DNA of 64,000 bases from the human T2T-CHM13v2.0 reference genome, Homo sapiens. The position numbers were made by a program, and so were the translations under genes. The stretch's first letter is position 1. The number at the start of each line of letters is the position of its first letter. Of the stretch, positions 37,801 through 52,600 are shown piece by piece. The notes beneath the pieces were generated by a model. It had not been told where the DNA came from and did not search any database. It saw only the letters and a list, made by a program, of their open reading frames with translations. The stretch is taken from the NCBI RefSeq assembly GCF_009914755.1, contig NC_060944.1; one strand, written 5' to 3'.

Positions 37801-39900
37801 TTGATACAGCAGTTTTGAAACACTCTTTTTGTAGTATCTGCAAGTGGTTATTTTGATAGCTTTGAGGCTTTCATTGGAAACGGGAATATCTTCACATAAA
37901 AACTAGACAGAAGCATTCTCAGAAACTTCTTTATGAAGTTTGCATTCAACTCACAGAGTTGAACTTTCCATTCCATACAGCGGTTTTGAAACTCTCTTTT
38001 TCTAGAATCTGTAAGTGGAAACTTGGAGCGCTTCGAGGCCTATGGTGAAAAAGGGAATCTCTTCCCATAAAAAGTAGACAGAAGAATTCTCAGTAACTAC
38101 TTTGTGATGTGTGTACTCAACTCACAGAGTTGAACTTTTCTTTTGAAAGAGAAGTTTTGAAACACTCTTTTTGTAGAATGTGCAAATGGGTATTTAGCCT
38201 GATTTGAGGCCTTCAGTGGAATGGGAATATCTTCACATAAAACTAGACAGAAGCATTCTCAGAAACTTCGTTGTGATGTGTGCATTCAACTCCCAGAGTT
38301 GAACCTCTCTTTTGATAGAGCAGTTCTGAAACAATCTTTTTGTGGTATCTGGAAGTGGACGTTTGGAGCGATTCGAGGCCTATGGTGAAAAAGGCAATAT
38401 CTTCACCTAAAAACTAGACAGAAGCATTCTCAGAAACTGCTTTGTGATATGTGTAGTCAACTCACGGAGTTGAAACTTGGTTTTGATACAGCAGTTTTGA
38501 AACACTCTTTTTGTTAGAATCTTCAAGTGGATATTTGGATAGCTTTGAGGCTTTCATTGGAAACGGGAATATCTACACATAAGAACTAGACAGAAGCATT
38601 CTCAGAAAGTTCTTTATGAAGTTCGCATTCAACTCACAGAGTTGTACCTTCCTTTTCACACAGCAGTTTTGAGACATTCTTTTTGTAGAATCTGCAAGTG
38701 GACATTTGGAGTGATTTGAGACATAGGGTGAAAAAGGAATATCTTCCCATAAAAAGTAGACAGAAGCATTCTCAGAAACGACTTTCTGATTTGTGTACTC
38801 AACTCACAGAGTTAACACTTTCCTTTGATACAGCAGTTCGGGAACACTCTTCTTATAGAATTTACGAGCGGATATAAGGACAGCAGTGAGGATTTCATCG
38901 GAAACGGAATATCTTCACATAAAAGTAGACAGAAGCATTCTCAGAAAGTTCTTTGTAATGTGTGCATTCAACTCACAGAGTTGAAACTTTCTTTTGATAG
39001 AGCAGATAGGAAGCCCTCTTTTTGTAGAGTTTGCAAGTGGATATCTGGACAGCTTTGAGGCCTTCCCTGGAAACGAGTGTATCTTCACATATACACTAGA
39101 CAGAAGCATCCTCAGAAACTTGTTGGTGATGCTTGCATTCAACTCACAGAATTGAACATTTCATTTCCTAGAGCAGTTTTGAAACACTCTTCTTGTAGTA
39201 TCTGGAAGCGGACATTTGGAGCACTTTGAGGCCTAGGGTGAAAAAGGAAATATCTTCACATAAAAACTACACAGAAGCATTCTCTGAAACTTCTTTGTGA
39301 TGTGTGTACTCAACTCACAGAGTTGAACTTTTCTTCTCATAGATCAGATTTGAAACCCTCTTTTTGTAGAGTCTGCAAGTGTATATTTGGATAGCTTTGA
39401 GGATTTCATTGGAAACGGGAATATCTTCCCATAAAAACTAGAAAGAAGCATTCTCAGAAACTTCTTTGTGATGCTTGCATTCAACTCACAGAGTTGAACA
39501 TTCCCTTTCATACAGCAGTTTGGAAACACTCTTTCTGTAGTATCTGGAAGTGGACCTTTGGAGCGCTTTGGGGCCTAGGGTGAAAAAGGAAATATCCTCA
39601 CCTAAAAACCAGACAGAAGCATTCTCAGAAACTTCTTTGTGATGTGTGTAGTCAACTCACAGAGTTGAACCTTTCTTTTGATACAGCAGTTTTGAAACAC
39701 TCTTTTTGTAGTATCTGCAAGTGGTTATTTTGATAGCTTTGAGGCTTTCATTGGAAACGGGAATATCTTCACATAAAAACTAGACAGAAGCATTCTCAGA
39801 AACTTCTTTATGAAGTTTGCATTCAACTCACAGAGTTGAACTTTCCATTCCATACAGCGGTTTTGAAACTCTCTTTTTCTAGAATCTGTAAGTGGAAACT
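34900..39900 (+). repeat. Three consecutive copies of the same HOR variant (local single-HOR amplification)
   Basis: Identical ORF-track variants at 35071, 36948 and 38825. TGTAGTATCTGCAAG occurs at ~35958, ~37835 and ~39712. Confidence 0.8.
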
Positions 39901-42900
39901 TGGAGCGCTTCGAGGCCTATGGTGAAAAAGGGAATATCTTCCCATAAAAAGTAGACAGAAGAATTCTCAGTAACTACTTTGTGATGTGTGTACTCAACTC
40001 ACAGAGTTGAACTTTTCTTTTGAAAGAGAAGTTTTGAAACACTCTTTTTGTAGAATCTGCAAATGGGTATTTAGCCTGCTGTGAGGCCTTCATTGGAAAC
40101 GGGAATATCTTCACATAAAACTAGACAGAAGCATTCTCAGAAACTTCGTTGTGATGTGTGCATTCAACTCCCAGAGTTGAACCTCTCTTTTGATAGAGCA
40201 GTTCTGAAACAATCTTTTTGTGGTATCTGGAAGTGGACGTTTGGAGCTATTCGAGGCCTATGGTGAAAAAGGCAATATCTTCACCTAAAAACTAGACAGA
40301 AGCATTCTCAGAAACTGCTTTGTGATATGTGTAGTCAAGTCACGGAGTTGAAACTTGGTTTTGATGCAGCAGTTTTGAAACACTCTTTTTGTTAGAATCT
40401 TCAAGTGGATATTTGGATAGCTTTGAGGCTTTCATGGGAAACGGGAATATCTACACATAAGAACTAGACAGAAGCATTCTCAGAAAGTTCTTTATGAAGT
40501 TCGCATTCAACTCACAGAGTTGTACCTTCCTTTTCACACAGCAGTTTTGAGACATTCTTTTTGTAGAATCTGCAAGTGGACATTTGGAGTGATTTGAGAC
40601 ATAGGGTGAAAAAGGAATATCTTCCCATAAAAAGTAGACAGAAGCATTCTCAGAAACGACTTTCTGATTTGTGTACTCAACTCACAGAGTTAAACCTTTC
40701 CTTTGATACAGCAGTTCGGAAACACTCTTCTTGTAGAATTTACGAGCGGATATAAGGACAGCAGTGAGGATTTCATCGGAAACGGAATATCTTCACATAA
40801 AAGTAGACAGAAGCATTCTCAGAAAGTTCTTTGTAATGTGTGCATTCAACTCACAGAGTTGAAACTTTCTTTTGATAGAGCAGATAGGAAGCCCTCTTTT
40901 TGTAGAATTTGCAAGTGGATATCTGGACAGCTTTGAGGCCTTCCCTGGAAACGAGTGTATCTTCACATAAACACTAGACAGAAGCATCCTTAGAAACTTG
41001 TTGGTGATGCTTGCATTCAACTCACAGAATTGAACATTTCTTTTCCTAGAGCAGTTTTGAAACACTCTTTTTGTAGTATCTGGAAGCGGACATTTGGAGC
41101 ACTTTGAGGCCTAGGGTGAAAAAGGAAATATCTTCACATAAAAACTAGACAGAAGCCGTCTCTGAAACTTCTTTGTGATGTGTGTACTCAACTCACAGAG
41201 TTGAACTTTTCTTCTCATAGATCAGATTTGAAACCCTCTTTTTGTAGAGTCTGCAAGTGTATATTTGGATAGCTTTGAGGATTTCATTGGAAACGGGAAT
41301 ATCTTCCCATAAAAACTAGAAAGAAGCATTCTCAGAAAGTTCTTTGTGATGCTTGCATTCAACTCACAGAGTTGAACATTCCCTTTCATACAGCAGTTTG
41401 GAAACACTCTTTTTGTAGTATCTGGAAGTGGACCTTTGGAGCGCTTTGGGGCCTAGGGTGAAAAAGGAAATATCCTCACCTAAAAACTAGACAGAAGCAT
41501 TCTCAGAAACTTCTTTGTGATGTGTGTAGTGAACTCACAGAGTTGAACCTTTCTTTTGATACAGCAGTTTTGAAACACTCTTTTTGTAGAATCTGCAAGT
41601 GGTTATTTTGATAGCTTTGAGGCTTTCATTGGAAACGGGAATATCTTCACATAAAAACTAGACAGAAGCATTCTCAGAAACATCTTTATGAAGTTTGCAT
41701 TCAACTCAGAGAGTTGAACTTTCCATTCCATACAGCGGTTTTGAAACTCTCTTTTTCTAGAATCTGTAAGTGGAAACTTGGAGCGCTTCGAGGCCTATGG
41801 TGAAAAAGGGAATCTCTTCCCATAAAAAGTAGACAGAAGAATTCTCAGTAACTACTTTGTGATGTGTGTACTCAACTCACAGAGTTGAACTTTTCTTTTG
41901 AAAGAGAAGTTTTGAAACACTCTTTTTGTAGAATCTGCAAATGGGTATTTAGCCTGATTTGAGGCCTTCAGTGGAATGGGAATATCTTCACATAAAACTA
42001 GACAGAAGCATTCTCAGAAACTTCGTTGTGATGTGTGCATTCAACTCCCAGAGTTGAACCTCTCTTTTGATAGAGCAGTTCTGAAACAATCTTTTTGTGG
42101 TATCTGGAAGTGGACGTTTGGAGCGATTCGAGGCCTATGGTGAAAAAGGCAATATCTTCACCTAAAAACTAGACAGAAGCATTCTCAGAAACTGCTTTGT
42201 GATATGTGTAGTCAAGTCACGGAGTTGAAACTTGGTTTTGATGCAGCAGTTTTGAAACACTCTTTTTGTTAGAATCTTCAAGTGGATATTTGGATAGCTT
42301 TGAGGCTTTCATGGGAAACGGGAATATCTACACATAAGAACTAGACAGAAGCATTCTCAGAAAGTTCTTTATGAAGTTCGCATTCAACTCACAGAGTTGT
42401 ACCTTCCTTTTCACACAGCAGTTTTGAGACATTCTTTTTGTAGAATCTGCAAGTGGACATTTGGAGTGATTTGAGACATAGGGTGAAAAAGGAATATCTT
42501 CCCATAAAAAGTAGACAGAAGCATTCTCAGAAACGACTTTCTGATTTGTGTACTCAACTCACAGAGTTAAACCTTTCCTTTGATACAGCAGTTCGGAAAC
42601 ACTCTTCTTGTAGAATTTACGAGCGGATATAAGGACAGCAGTGAGGATTTCATCGGAAACGGAATATCTTCACATAAAAGTAGACAGAAGCATTCTCAGA
42701 AAGTTCTTTGTAATGTGTGCATTCAACTCACAGAGTTGAAACTTTCTTTTGATAGAGCAGATAGGAAGCCCTCTTTTTGTAGAATTTGCAAGTGGATATC
42801 TGGACAGCTTTGAGGCCTTCCCTGGAAACGAGTGTATCTTCACATAAACACTAGACAGAAGCATCCTTAGAAACTTGTTGGTGATGCTTGCATTCAACTC

Positions 42901-43699
42901 ACAGAATTGAACATTTCTTTTCCTAGAGCAGTTTTGAAACACTCTTTTTGTAGTATCTGGAAGCGGACATTTGGAGCACTTTGAGGCCTAGGGTGAAAAA
43001 GGAAATATCTTCACATAAAAACTAGACAGAAGCCTTCTCTGAAACTTCTTTGTGATGTGTGTACTCAACTCACAGAGTTGAACTTTTCTTCTCATAGATC
43101 AGATTTGAAACCCTCTTTTTGTAGAGTCTGCAAGTGTATATTTGGATAGCTTTGAGGATTTCATTGGAAACGGGAATATCTTCCCATAAAAACTAGAAAG
43201 AAGCATTCTCAGAAAGTTCTTTGTGATGCTTGCATTCAACTCACAGAGTTGAACATTCCCTTTCATACAGCAGTTTGGAAACACTCTTTTTGTAGTATCT
43301 GGAAGTGGACCTTTGGAGCGCTTTGGGGCCTAGGGTGAAAAAGGAAATATCCTCACCTAAAAACTAGACAGAAGCATTCTCAGAAACTTCTTTGTGATGT
43401 GTGTAGTGAACTCACAGAGTTGAACCTTTCTTTTGATACAGCAGTTTTGAAACACTCTTTTTGTAGAATCTGCAAGTGGTTATTTTGATAGCTTTGAGGC
43501 TTTCATTGGAAACGGGAATATCTTCACATAAAAACTAGACAGAAGCATTCTCAGAAACATCTTTATGAAGTTTGCATTCAACTCAGAGAGTTGAACTTTC
43601 CATTCCATACAGCGGTTTTGAAACTCTCTTTTTCTAGAATCTGTAAGTGGAAACTTGGAGCGCTTCGAGGCCTATGGTGAAAAAGGGAATCTCTTCCCA

Positions 43700-46600
43700 T
43701 AAAAAGTAGACAGAAGAATTCTCAGTAACTACTTTGTGATGTGTGTACTCAACTCACAGAGTTGAACTTTTCTTTTGAAAGAGAAGTTTTGAAACACTCT
43801 TTTTGTAGAATCTGCAAATGGGTATTTAGCCTGATTTGAGGCCTTCAGTGGAATGGGAATATCTTCACATAAAACTAGACAGAAGCATTCTCAGAAACTT
43901 CGTTGTGATGTGTGCATTCAACTCCCAGAGTTGAACCTCTCTTTTGATAGAGCAGTTCTGAAACAATCTTTTTGTGGTATCTGGAAGTGGACGTTTGGAG
44001 CGATTCGAGGCCTATGGTGAAAAAGGCAATATCTTCACCTAAAAACTAGACAGAAGCATTCTCAGAAACTGCTTTGTGATATGTGTAGTCAAGTCACGGA
44101 GTTGAAACTTGGTTTTGATGCAGCAGTTTTGAAACACTCTTTTTGTTAGAATCTTCAAGTGGATATTTGGATAGCTTTGAGGCTTTCATGGGAAACGGGA
44201 ATATCTACACATAAGAACTAGACAGAAGCATTCTCAGAAAGTTCTTTATGAAGTTCGCATTCAACTCACAGAGTTGTACCTTCCTTTTCACACAGCAGTT
44301 TTGAGACATTCTTTTTGTAGAATCTGCAAGTGGACATTTGGAGTGATTTGAGACATAGGGTGAAAAAGGAATATCTTCCCATAAAAAGTAGACAGAAGCA
44401 TTCTCAGAAACGACTTTCTGATTTGTGTACTCAACTCACAGAGTTAAACCTTTCCTTTGATACAGCAGTTCGGAAACACTCTTCTTGTAGAATTTACGAG
44501 CGGATATAAGGACAGCAGTGAGGATTTCATCGGAAACGGAATATCTTCACATAAAAGTAGACAGAAGCATTCTCAGAAAGTTCTTTGTAATGTGTGCATT
44601 CAACTCACAGAGTTGAAACTTTCTTTTGATAGAGCAGATAGGAAGCCCTCTTTTTGTAGAATTTGCAAGTGGATATCTGGACAGCTTTGAGGCCTTCCCT
44701 GGAAACGAGTGTATCTTCACATAAACACTAGACAGAAGCATCCTTAGAAACTTGTTGGTGATGCTTGCATTCAACTCACAGAATTGAACATTTCTTTTCC
44801 TAGAGCAGTTTTGAAACACTCTTTTTGTAGTATCTGGAAGCGGACATTTGGAGCACTTTGAGGCCTAGGGTGAAAAAGGAAATATCTTCACATAAAAACT
44901 AGACAGAAGCCTTCTCTGAAACTTCTTTGTGATGTGTGTACTCAACTCACAGAGTTGAACTTTTCTTCTCATAGATCAGATTTGAAACCCTCTTTTTGTA
45001 GAGTCTGCAAGTGTATATTTGGATAGCTTTGAGGATTTCATTGGAAACGGGAATATCTTCCCATAAAAACTAGAAAGAAGCATTCTCAGAAAGTTCTTTG
45101 TGATGCTTGCATTCAACTCACAGAGTTGAACATTCCCTTTCATACAGCAGTTTGGAAACACTCTTTTTGTAGTATCTGGAAGTGGACCTTTGGAGCGCTT
45201 TGGGGCCTAGGGTGAAAAAGGAAATATCCTCACCTAAAAACTAGACAGAAGCATTCTCAGAAACTTCTTTGTGATGTGTGTAGTGAACTCACAGAGTTGA
45301 ACCTTTCTTTTGATACAGCAGTTTTGAAACACTCTTTTTGTAGAATCTGCAAGTGGTTATTTTGATAGCTTTGAGGCTTTCATTGGAAACGGGAATATCT
45401 TCACATAAAAACTAGACAGAAGCATTCTCAGAAACATCTTTATGAAGTTTGCATTCAACTCAGAGAGTTGAACTTTCCATTCCATACAGCGGTTTTGAAA
45501 CTCTCTTTTTCTAGAATCTGTAAGTGGAAACTTGGAGCGCTTCGAGGCCTATGGTGAAAAAGGGAATCTCTTCCCATAAAAAGTAGACAGAAGAATTCTC
45601 AGTAACTACTTTGTGATGTGTGTACTCAACTCACAGAGTTGAACTTTTCTTTTGAAAGAGAAGTTTTGAAACACTCTTTTTGTAGAATCTGCAAATGGGT
45701 ATTTAGCCTGATTTGAGGCCTTCAGTGGAATGGGAATATCTTCACATAAAACTAGACAGAAGCATTCTCAGAAACTTCGTTGTGATGTGTGCATTCAACT
45801 CCCAGAGTTGAACCTCTCTTTTGATAGAGCAGTTCTGAAACAATCTTTTTGTGGTATCTGGAAGTGGACGTTTGGAGCGATTCGAGGCCTATGGTGAAAA
45901 AGGCAATATCTTCACCTAAAAACTAGACAGAAGCATTCTCAGAAACTGCTTTGTGATATGTGTAGTCAACTCACGGAGTTGAAACTTGGTTTTGATACAG
46001 CAGTTTTGAAACACTCTTTTTGTTAGAATCTTCAAGTGGATATTTGGATAGCTTTGAGGCTTTCATTGGAAACGGGAATATCTACACATAAGAACTAGAC
46101 AGAAGCATTCTCAGAAAGTTCTTTATGAAGTTCGCATTCAACTCACAGAGTTGTACCTTCCTTTTCACACAGCAGTTTTGAGACATTCTTTTTGTAGAAT
46201 CTGCAAGTGGACATTTGGAGTGATTTGAGACATAGGGTGAAAAAGGAATATCTTCCCATAAAAAGTAGACAGAAGCATTCTCAGAAACGACTTTCTGATT
46301 TGTGTACTCAACTCACAGAGTTAAACCTTTCCTTTGATACAGCAGTTCGGAAACACTCTTCTTGTAGAATTTACGAGCGGATATAAGGACAGCAGTGAGG
46401 CTTTCATCGGAAACGGAATATCTTCACATAAAAGTAGACAGAAGCATTCTCAGAAAGTTCTTTGTAATGTGTGCATTCAACTCACAGAGTTGAAACTTTC
46501 TTTTGATAGAGCAGATAGGAAGCCCTCTTTTTGTAGAATTTGCAAGTGGATATCTGGACAGCTTTGAGGCCTTCCCTGGAAACGAGTGTGTCTTCACATA

Positions 46601-49600
46601 AACACTAGACAGAAGCATCCTTAGAAACTTGTTGGTGATGCTTGCATTCAACTCACAGAATTGAACATTTCTTTTCCTAGAGCAGTTTTGAAACACTCTT
46701 TTTGTAGTATCTGGAAGCGGACATTTGGAGCACTTTGAGGCCTAGGGTGAAAAAGGAAATATCTTCACATAAAAACTAGACAGAAGCCTTCTCTGAAACT
46801 TCTTTGTGATGTGTGTACTCAACTCACAGAGCTGAACTTTTCTTCTCATAGATCAGATTTGAAACCCTCTTTTTGTAGAGTCTGCAAGTGTATATTTGGA
46901 TAGCTTTGAGGATTTCATTGGAAACGGGAATATCTTCCCATAAAAACTAGAAAGAAGCATTCTCAGAAAGTTCTTTGTGATGCTTGCATTCAACTCACAG
47001 AGTTGAACATTCCCTTTCATACAGCAGTTTGGAAACACTCTTTTTGTAGTATCTGGAAGTGGACCTTTGGAGCGCTTTGGGGCCTAGGGTGAAAAAGGAA
47101 ATATCCTCACCTAAAAACCAGACAGAAGCATTCTCAGAAACTTCTTTGTGATGTGTGTAGTCAACTCACAGAGTTGAACCTTTCTTTTGATACAGCAGTT
47201 TTGAAACACTCTTTTTGTAGAATCTGCAAGTGGTTATTTTGATAGCTTTGAGGCTTTCATTGGAAACGGGAATATCTTCACATAAAAACTAGACAGAAGC
47301 ATTCTCAGAAACATCTTTATGAAGTTTGCATTCAACTCAGAGAGTTGAACTTTCCATTCCATACAGCGGTTTTGAAACTCTCTTTTTCTAGAATCTGTAA
47401 GTGGAAACTTGGAGCGCTTCGAGGCCTATGGTGAAAAAGGGAATATCTTCCCATAAAAAGTAGACAGAAGAATTCTCAGTAACTACTTTGTGATGTGTGT
47501 ACTCAACTCACAGAGTTGAACTTTTCTTTTGAAAGAGAAGTTTTGAAACACTCTTTTTGTAGAATCTGCAAATGGGTATTTAGCCTGCTGTGAGGCCTTC
47601 ATTGGAAACGGGAATATCTTCACATAAAACTAGACAGAAGCATTCTCAGAAACTTCGTTGTGATGTGTGCATTCAACTCCCAGAGTTGAACCTCTCTTTT
47701 GATAGAGCAGTTCTGAAACAATCTTTTTGTGGTATCTGGAAGTGGACGTTTGGAGCGATTCGAGGCCTATGGTGAAAAAGGCAATATCTTCACCTAAAAA
47801 CTAGACAGAAGCATTCTCAGAAACTGCTTTGTGATATGTGTATTCAAGTCACGGAGTTGAAACTTGGTTTTGATGCAGCAGTTTTGAAACACTCTTTTTG
47901 TTAGAATCTTCAAGTGGATATTTGGATAGCTTTGAGGCTTTCATGGGAAACGGGAATATCTACATATAAGAACTAGACAGAAGCATTCTCAGAAAGTTCT
48001 TTATGAAGTTCGCATTCAACTCACAGAGTTGTACCTTCCTTTTCACACAGCAGTTTTGAGACATTCTTTTTGTAGAATCTGCAAGTGGACATTTGGAGTG
48101 ATTTGAGACATAGGGTGAAAAAGGAATATCTTCCCATAAAAAGTCGACAGAAGCATTCTCAGAAACGACTTTCTGATTTGTGTACTCAACCCACAGAGTT
48201 AACCCTTTCCTTTGATACAGCAGTTCGGGAACACTCTTCTTATAGAATTTACGAGCGGATATAAGGACAGCAGTGAGGATTTCATCGGAAACGGAATATC
48301 TTCACATAAAAGTAGAAAGAAGCATTCTCAGAAAGTTCTTTGTAATGTGTGCATTCAACTCACAGAGTTGAAACTTTCTTTTGATAGAGCAGATAGGAAG
48401 CCCTCTTTTTGTAGAATTTGCAAGTGGATATCTGGACAGCTTTGAGGCCTTCCCTGGAAACGAGTGTATCTTCACATAAACACTAGACAGAAGCATCCTC
48501 AGAAACTTGTTGGTGATGCTTGCATTCAACTCACAGAATTGAACATTTCTTTTCCTAGAGCAGTTTTGAAACACTCTTTTTGTAGTATCTGGAAGCGGAC
48601 ATTTGGAGCACTTTGAGGCCTAGGGTGAAAAAGGAAATATCTTCACATAAAAACTAGACAGAAGCATTCTCTGAAACTACTTTGTGATGTGTGTACTCAA
48701 CTCACAGAATTGAACTTTTCTTCTCATAGATCAGATTTGAAACCCTCTTTTTGTAGAGTCTGCAAGTGTATATTTGGATAGCTTTGAGGATTTCATTGGA
48801 AACGGGAATATCTTCCCATAAAAACTAGAAAGAAGCATTTTCAGAAAGTTCTTTGTGATGCTTGCATTCAACTCACAGAGTTGAACATTCCCTTTCATAC
48901 AGCAGTTTGGAAACACTCTTTTTGTAGTATCTGGAAGTGGACCTTTGGAGCGCTTTGGGGCCTAGGGTGAAAAAGGAAATATCCTCACCTAAAAACTAGA
49001 CAGAAGCATTCTCAGAAACTTCTTTGTGATGTGTGTAGTCAACTCACAGAGTTGAACCTTTCTATTGATACAGCAGTTTTGAAACACTCTTTTTGTAGAA
49101 TCTGCAAGTGGTTATTTTGATAGCTTTGAGGCTTTCATTGGAAACGGGAATATCTTCACATAAAAACTAGACAGAAGCATTCTCAGAAACTTCTTTATGA
49201 AGTTTGCATTCAACTCACAGAGTTGAACTTTCCATTCCATACAGCGGTTTTGAAACTCTCTTTTTCTAGAATCTGTAAGTGGAAACTTGGAGCGCTTCGA
49301 GGCCTATGGTGAAAAAGGGAATATCTTCCCATAAAAAGTAGACAGAAGAATTCTCACTAACTACTTTGTGATGTGTGTACTCAACTCACAGAGTTGAACT
49401 TTTCTTTTGAAAGAGAAGTTTTGAAACACCCTTTTTGTAGAATCTGCAAATGGGTATTTAGCCTGATTTGAGGCCTTCATTGGAAACGGGAATATCTTCA
49501 CATAAAACTAGACAGAAGCATTCTCAGAAACTTCGTTGTGATGTGTGCATTCAACTCCCAGAGTTGAACCTCTCTTTTGATAGAGCAGTTCTGAAACAAT

Positions 49601-52600
49601 CTTTTTGTGGTATCTTTAAGTGGACGTTTGGAGCGATTCGAGGCCTATGGTGAAAAAGGCAATATCTTCACCTAAAAACTAGACAGAAGCATTCTCAGAA
49701 ACTGCTTTGTGATATTTGTAGTCAAGTCACGGAGTTGAAACTTGGTTTTGATGCAGCAGTTTTGAAACACTCTTTTTGTTAGAATCTTCAAGTGGATATT
49801 TGGATAGCTTTGAGGCTTTCATGGGAAACGGGAATATCTACACATAAGAACTAGACAGAAGCATTCTCAGAAAGTTCTTTATGAAGTTCGCATTCAACTC
49901 ACAGAGTTGTACCTTCCTTTTCACACAGCAGTTTTGAGACATTCTTTTTGTAGAATCTGCAAGTGGACATTTGGAGTGATTTGAGACATAGGGTGAAAAA
50001 GGAATATCTTCCCATAAAAAGTAGACAGAAGCATTCTCAGAAACGACTTTCTGATTTGTGTACTCAACTCACAGAGTTAAACCTTTCCTTTGATACAGCA
50101 GTTCGGAAACACTCTTCTTGTAGAATTTACGAGCGGATATAAGGACAGCAGTGAGGATTTCATCGGAAACGGAATATCTTCACATAAAAGTAGACAGAAG
50201 CATTCTCAGAAAGTTCTTTGTAATGTGTGCATTTCAACTCACAGAGTTGAAACTTTCTTTTGATAGAGCAGATAGGAAGCCCTCTTTTTGTAGAATTTGC
50301 AAGTGGATATCTGGACAGCTTTGAGGTCTTCCCTGGAAACGAGTGTATCTTCACATAAACACTAGACAGAAGCATCCTCAGAAACTTGTTGGTGATGCTT
50401 GCATTCAACTCACAGAATTGAACATTTCTTTTCCTAGAGCAGTTTTGAAACACTCTTTTTGTAGTATCTGGAAGCGGACATTTGGAGCACGTTGAGGCCT
50501 TGGGTGAAAAAGGAAATATCTTCACATAAAAACTAGACAGAAGCATTCTCTGAAACTTCTTTGTGATGTGTGTACTCAACTCACAGAGTTGAACTTTTCT
50601 TCTCATAGATCAGATTTGAAACCCTCTTTTTGTAGAGTCTGCAAGTGTATATTTGGATAGCTTTGAGGATTTCATTGGGAACGGGAATATCTTCCCATAA
50701 AAACTAGAAAGAAGCATTCTCAGAAACTTCTTTGTGATGCTTGCATTCAACTCACAGAGTTGAACATTCCCTTTCATACAGCAGTTTGGAAACACTCTTT
50801 TTGTAGTATCTGGAAGTGGACCTTTGGAGCGCTTTGGGGCCTAGGGTGAAAAAGGAAATATCCTCACCTAAAAACCAGACAGAAGCATTCTCAGAAACTT
50901 CTTTGTGATGTGGGTAGTCAACTCACAGAGTTGAACCTTTCTTTTGATACAGCAGTTTTGAAACACTCTTTTTGTAGAATCTGCAAGTGGTTATTTTGAT
51001 AGCTTTGAGGCTTTCATTGGAAACGGGAATATCTTCACATAAAAACTAGACAGAAGCATTCTCAGAAACTTCTTTATGAAGTTTGCATTCAACTCACAGA
51101 GTTGAACTTTCCATTCCATACAGCGGTTTTGAAACTCTCTTTTTCTAGAATCTGTAAGTGGAAACTTGGAGCGCTTCGAGGCCTATGGTGAAAAAGGGAA
51201 TATCTTCCCATAAAAAGTAGACAGAAGAATTCTCAGTAACTACTTTGTGATGTGTGTACTCAACTCACAGAGTTGAACTTTTCTTTTGAAAGAGAAGTTT
51301 TGAAACACTCTTTTTGTAGAATCTGCAAATGGGTATTTAGCCTGATTTGAGGCCTTCAGTGGAATGGGAATATCTTCACATAAAACTAGACAGAAGCATT
51401 CTCAGAAACTTCGTTGTGATGTGTGCATTCAACTCCCAGAGTTGAACCTCTCTTTTGATAGAGCAGTTCTGAAACAATCTTTTTGTGGTATCTGGAAGTG
51501 GACGTTTGGAGCGATTCGAGGCCTATGGTGAAAAAGGCAATATCTTCACCTAAAAACTAGACAGAAGCATTCTCAGAAACTGCTTTGTGATATGTGTAGT
51601 CAAGTCACGGAGTTGAAACTTGGTTTTGATGCAGCAGTTTTGAAACACTCTTTTTGTTAGAATCTTCAAGTGGATATTTGGATAGCTTTGAGGCTTTCAT
51701 GGGAAACGGGAATATCTACACATAAGAACTAGACAGAAGCATTCTCAGAAAGTTCTTTATGAAGTTCGCATTCAACTCACAGAGTTGTACCTTCCTTTTC
51801 ACACAGCAGTTTTGAGACATTCTTTTTGTAGAATCTGCAAGTGGACATTTGGAGTGATTTGAGACATAGGGTGAAAAAGGAATATCTTCCCATAAAAAGT
51901 AGACAGAAGCATTCTCAGAAACGACTTTCTGATTTGTGTACTCAACTCACAGAGTTAAACCTTTCCTTTGATACAGCAGTTCGGAAACACTCTTCTTGTA
52001 GAATTTACGAGCGGATATAAGGACAGCAGTGAGGATTTCATCGGAAACGGAATATCTTCACATAAAAGTAGACAGAAGCATTCTCAGAAAGTTCTTTGTA
52101 ATGTGTGCATTCAACTCACAGAGTTGAAACTTTCTTTTGATAGAGCAGATAGGAAGCCCTCTTTTTGTAGAATTTGCAAGTGGATATCTGGACAGCTTTG
52201 AGGCCTTCCCTGGAAACGAGTGTATCTTCACATAAACACTAGACAGAAGCATCCTTAGAAACTTGTTGGTGATGCTTGCATTCAACTCACAGAATTGAAC
52301 ATTTCTTTTCCTAGAGCAGTTTTGAAACACTCTTTTTGTAGTATCTGGAAGCGGACATTTGGAGCACTTTGAGGCCTAGGGTGAAAAAGGAAATATCTTC
52401 ACATAAAAACTAGACAGAAGCCTTCTCTGAAACTTCTTTGTGATGTGTGTACTCAACTCACAGAGTTGAACTTTTCTTCTCATAGATCAGATTTGAAACC
52501 CTCTTTTTGTAGAGTCTGCAAGTGTATATTTGGATAGCTTTGAGGATTTCATTGGAAACGGGAATATCTTCCCATAAAAACTAGAAAGAAGCATTCTCAG

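Noticed and set aside
50160-50606. Longest ORF, 148 aa on the minus strand (also 57671-58117)
   Set aside because: It is produced by a 1-bp T insertion plus stop-removing substitutions in one HOR variant. It has internal 57-aa monomer periodicity and no recognisable domain.
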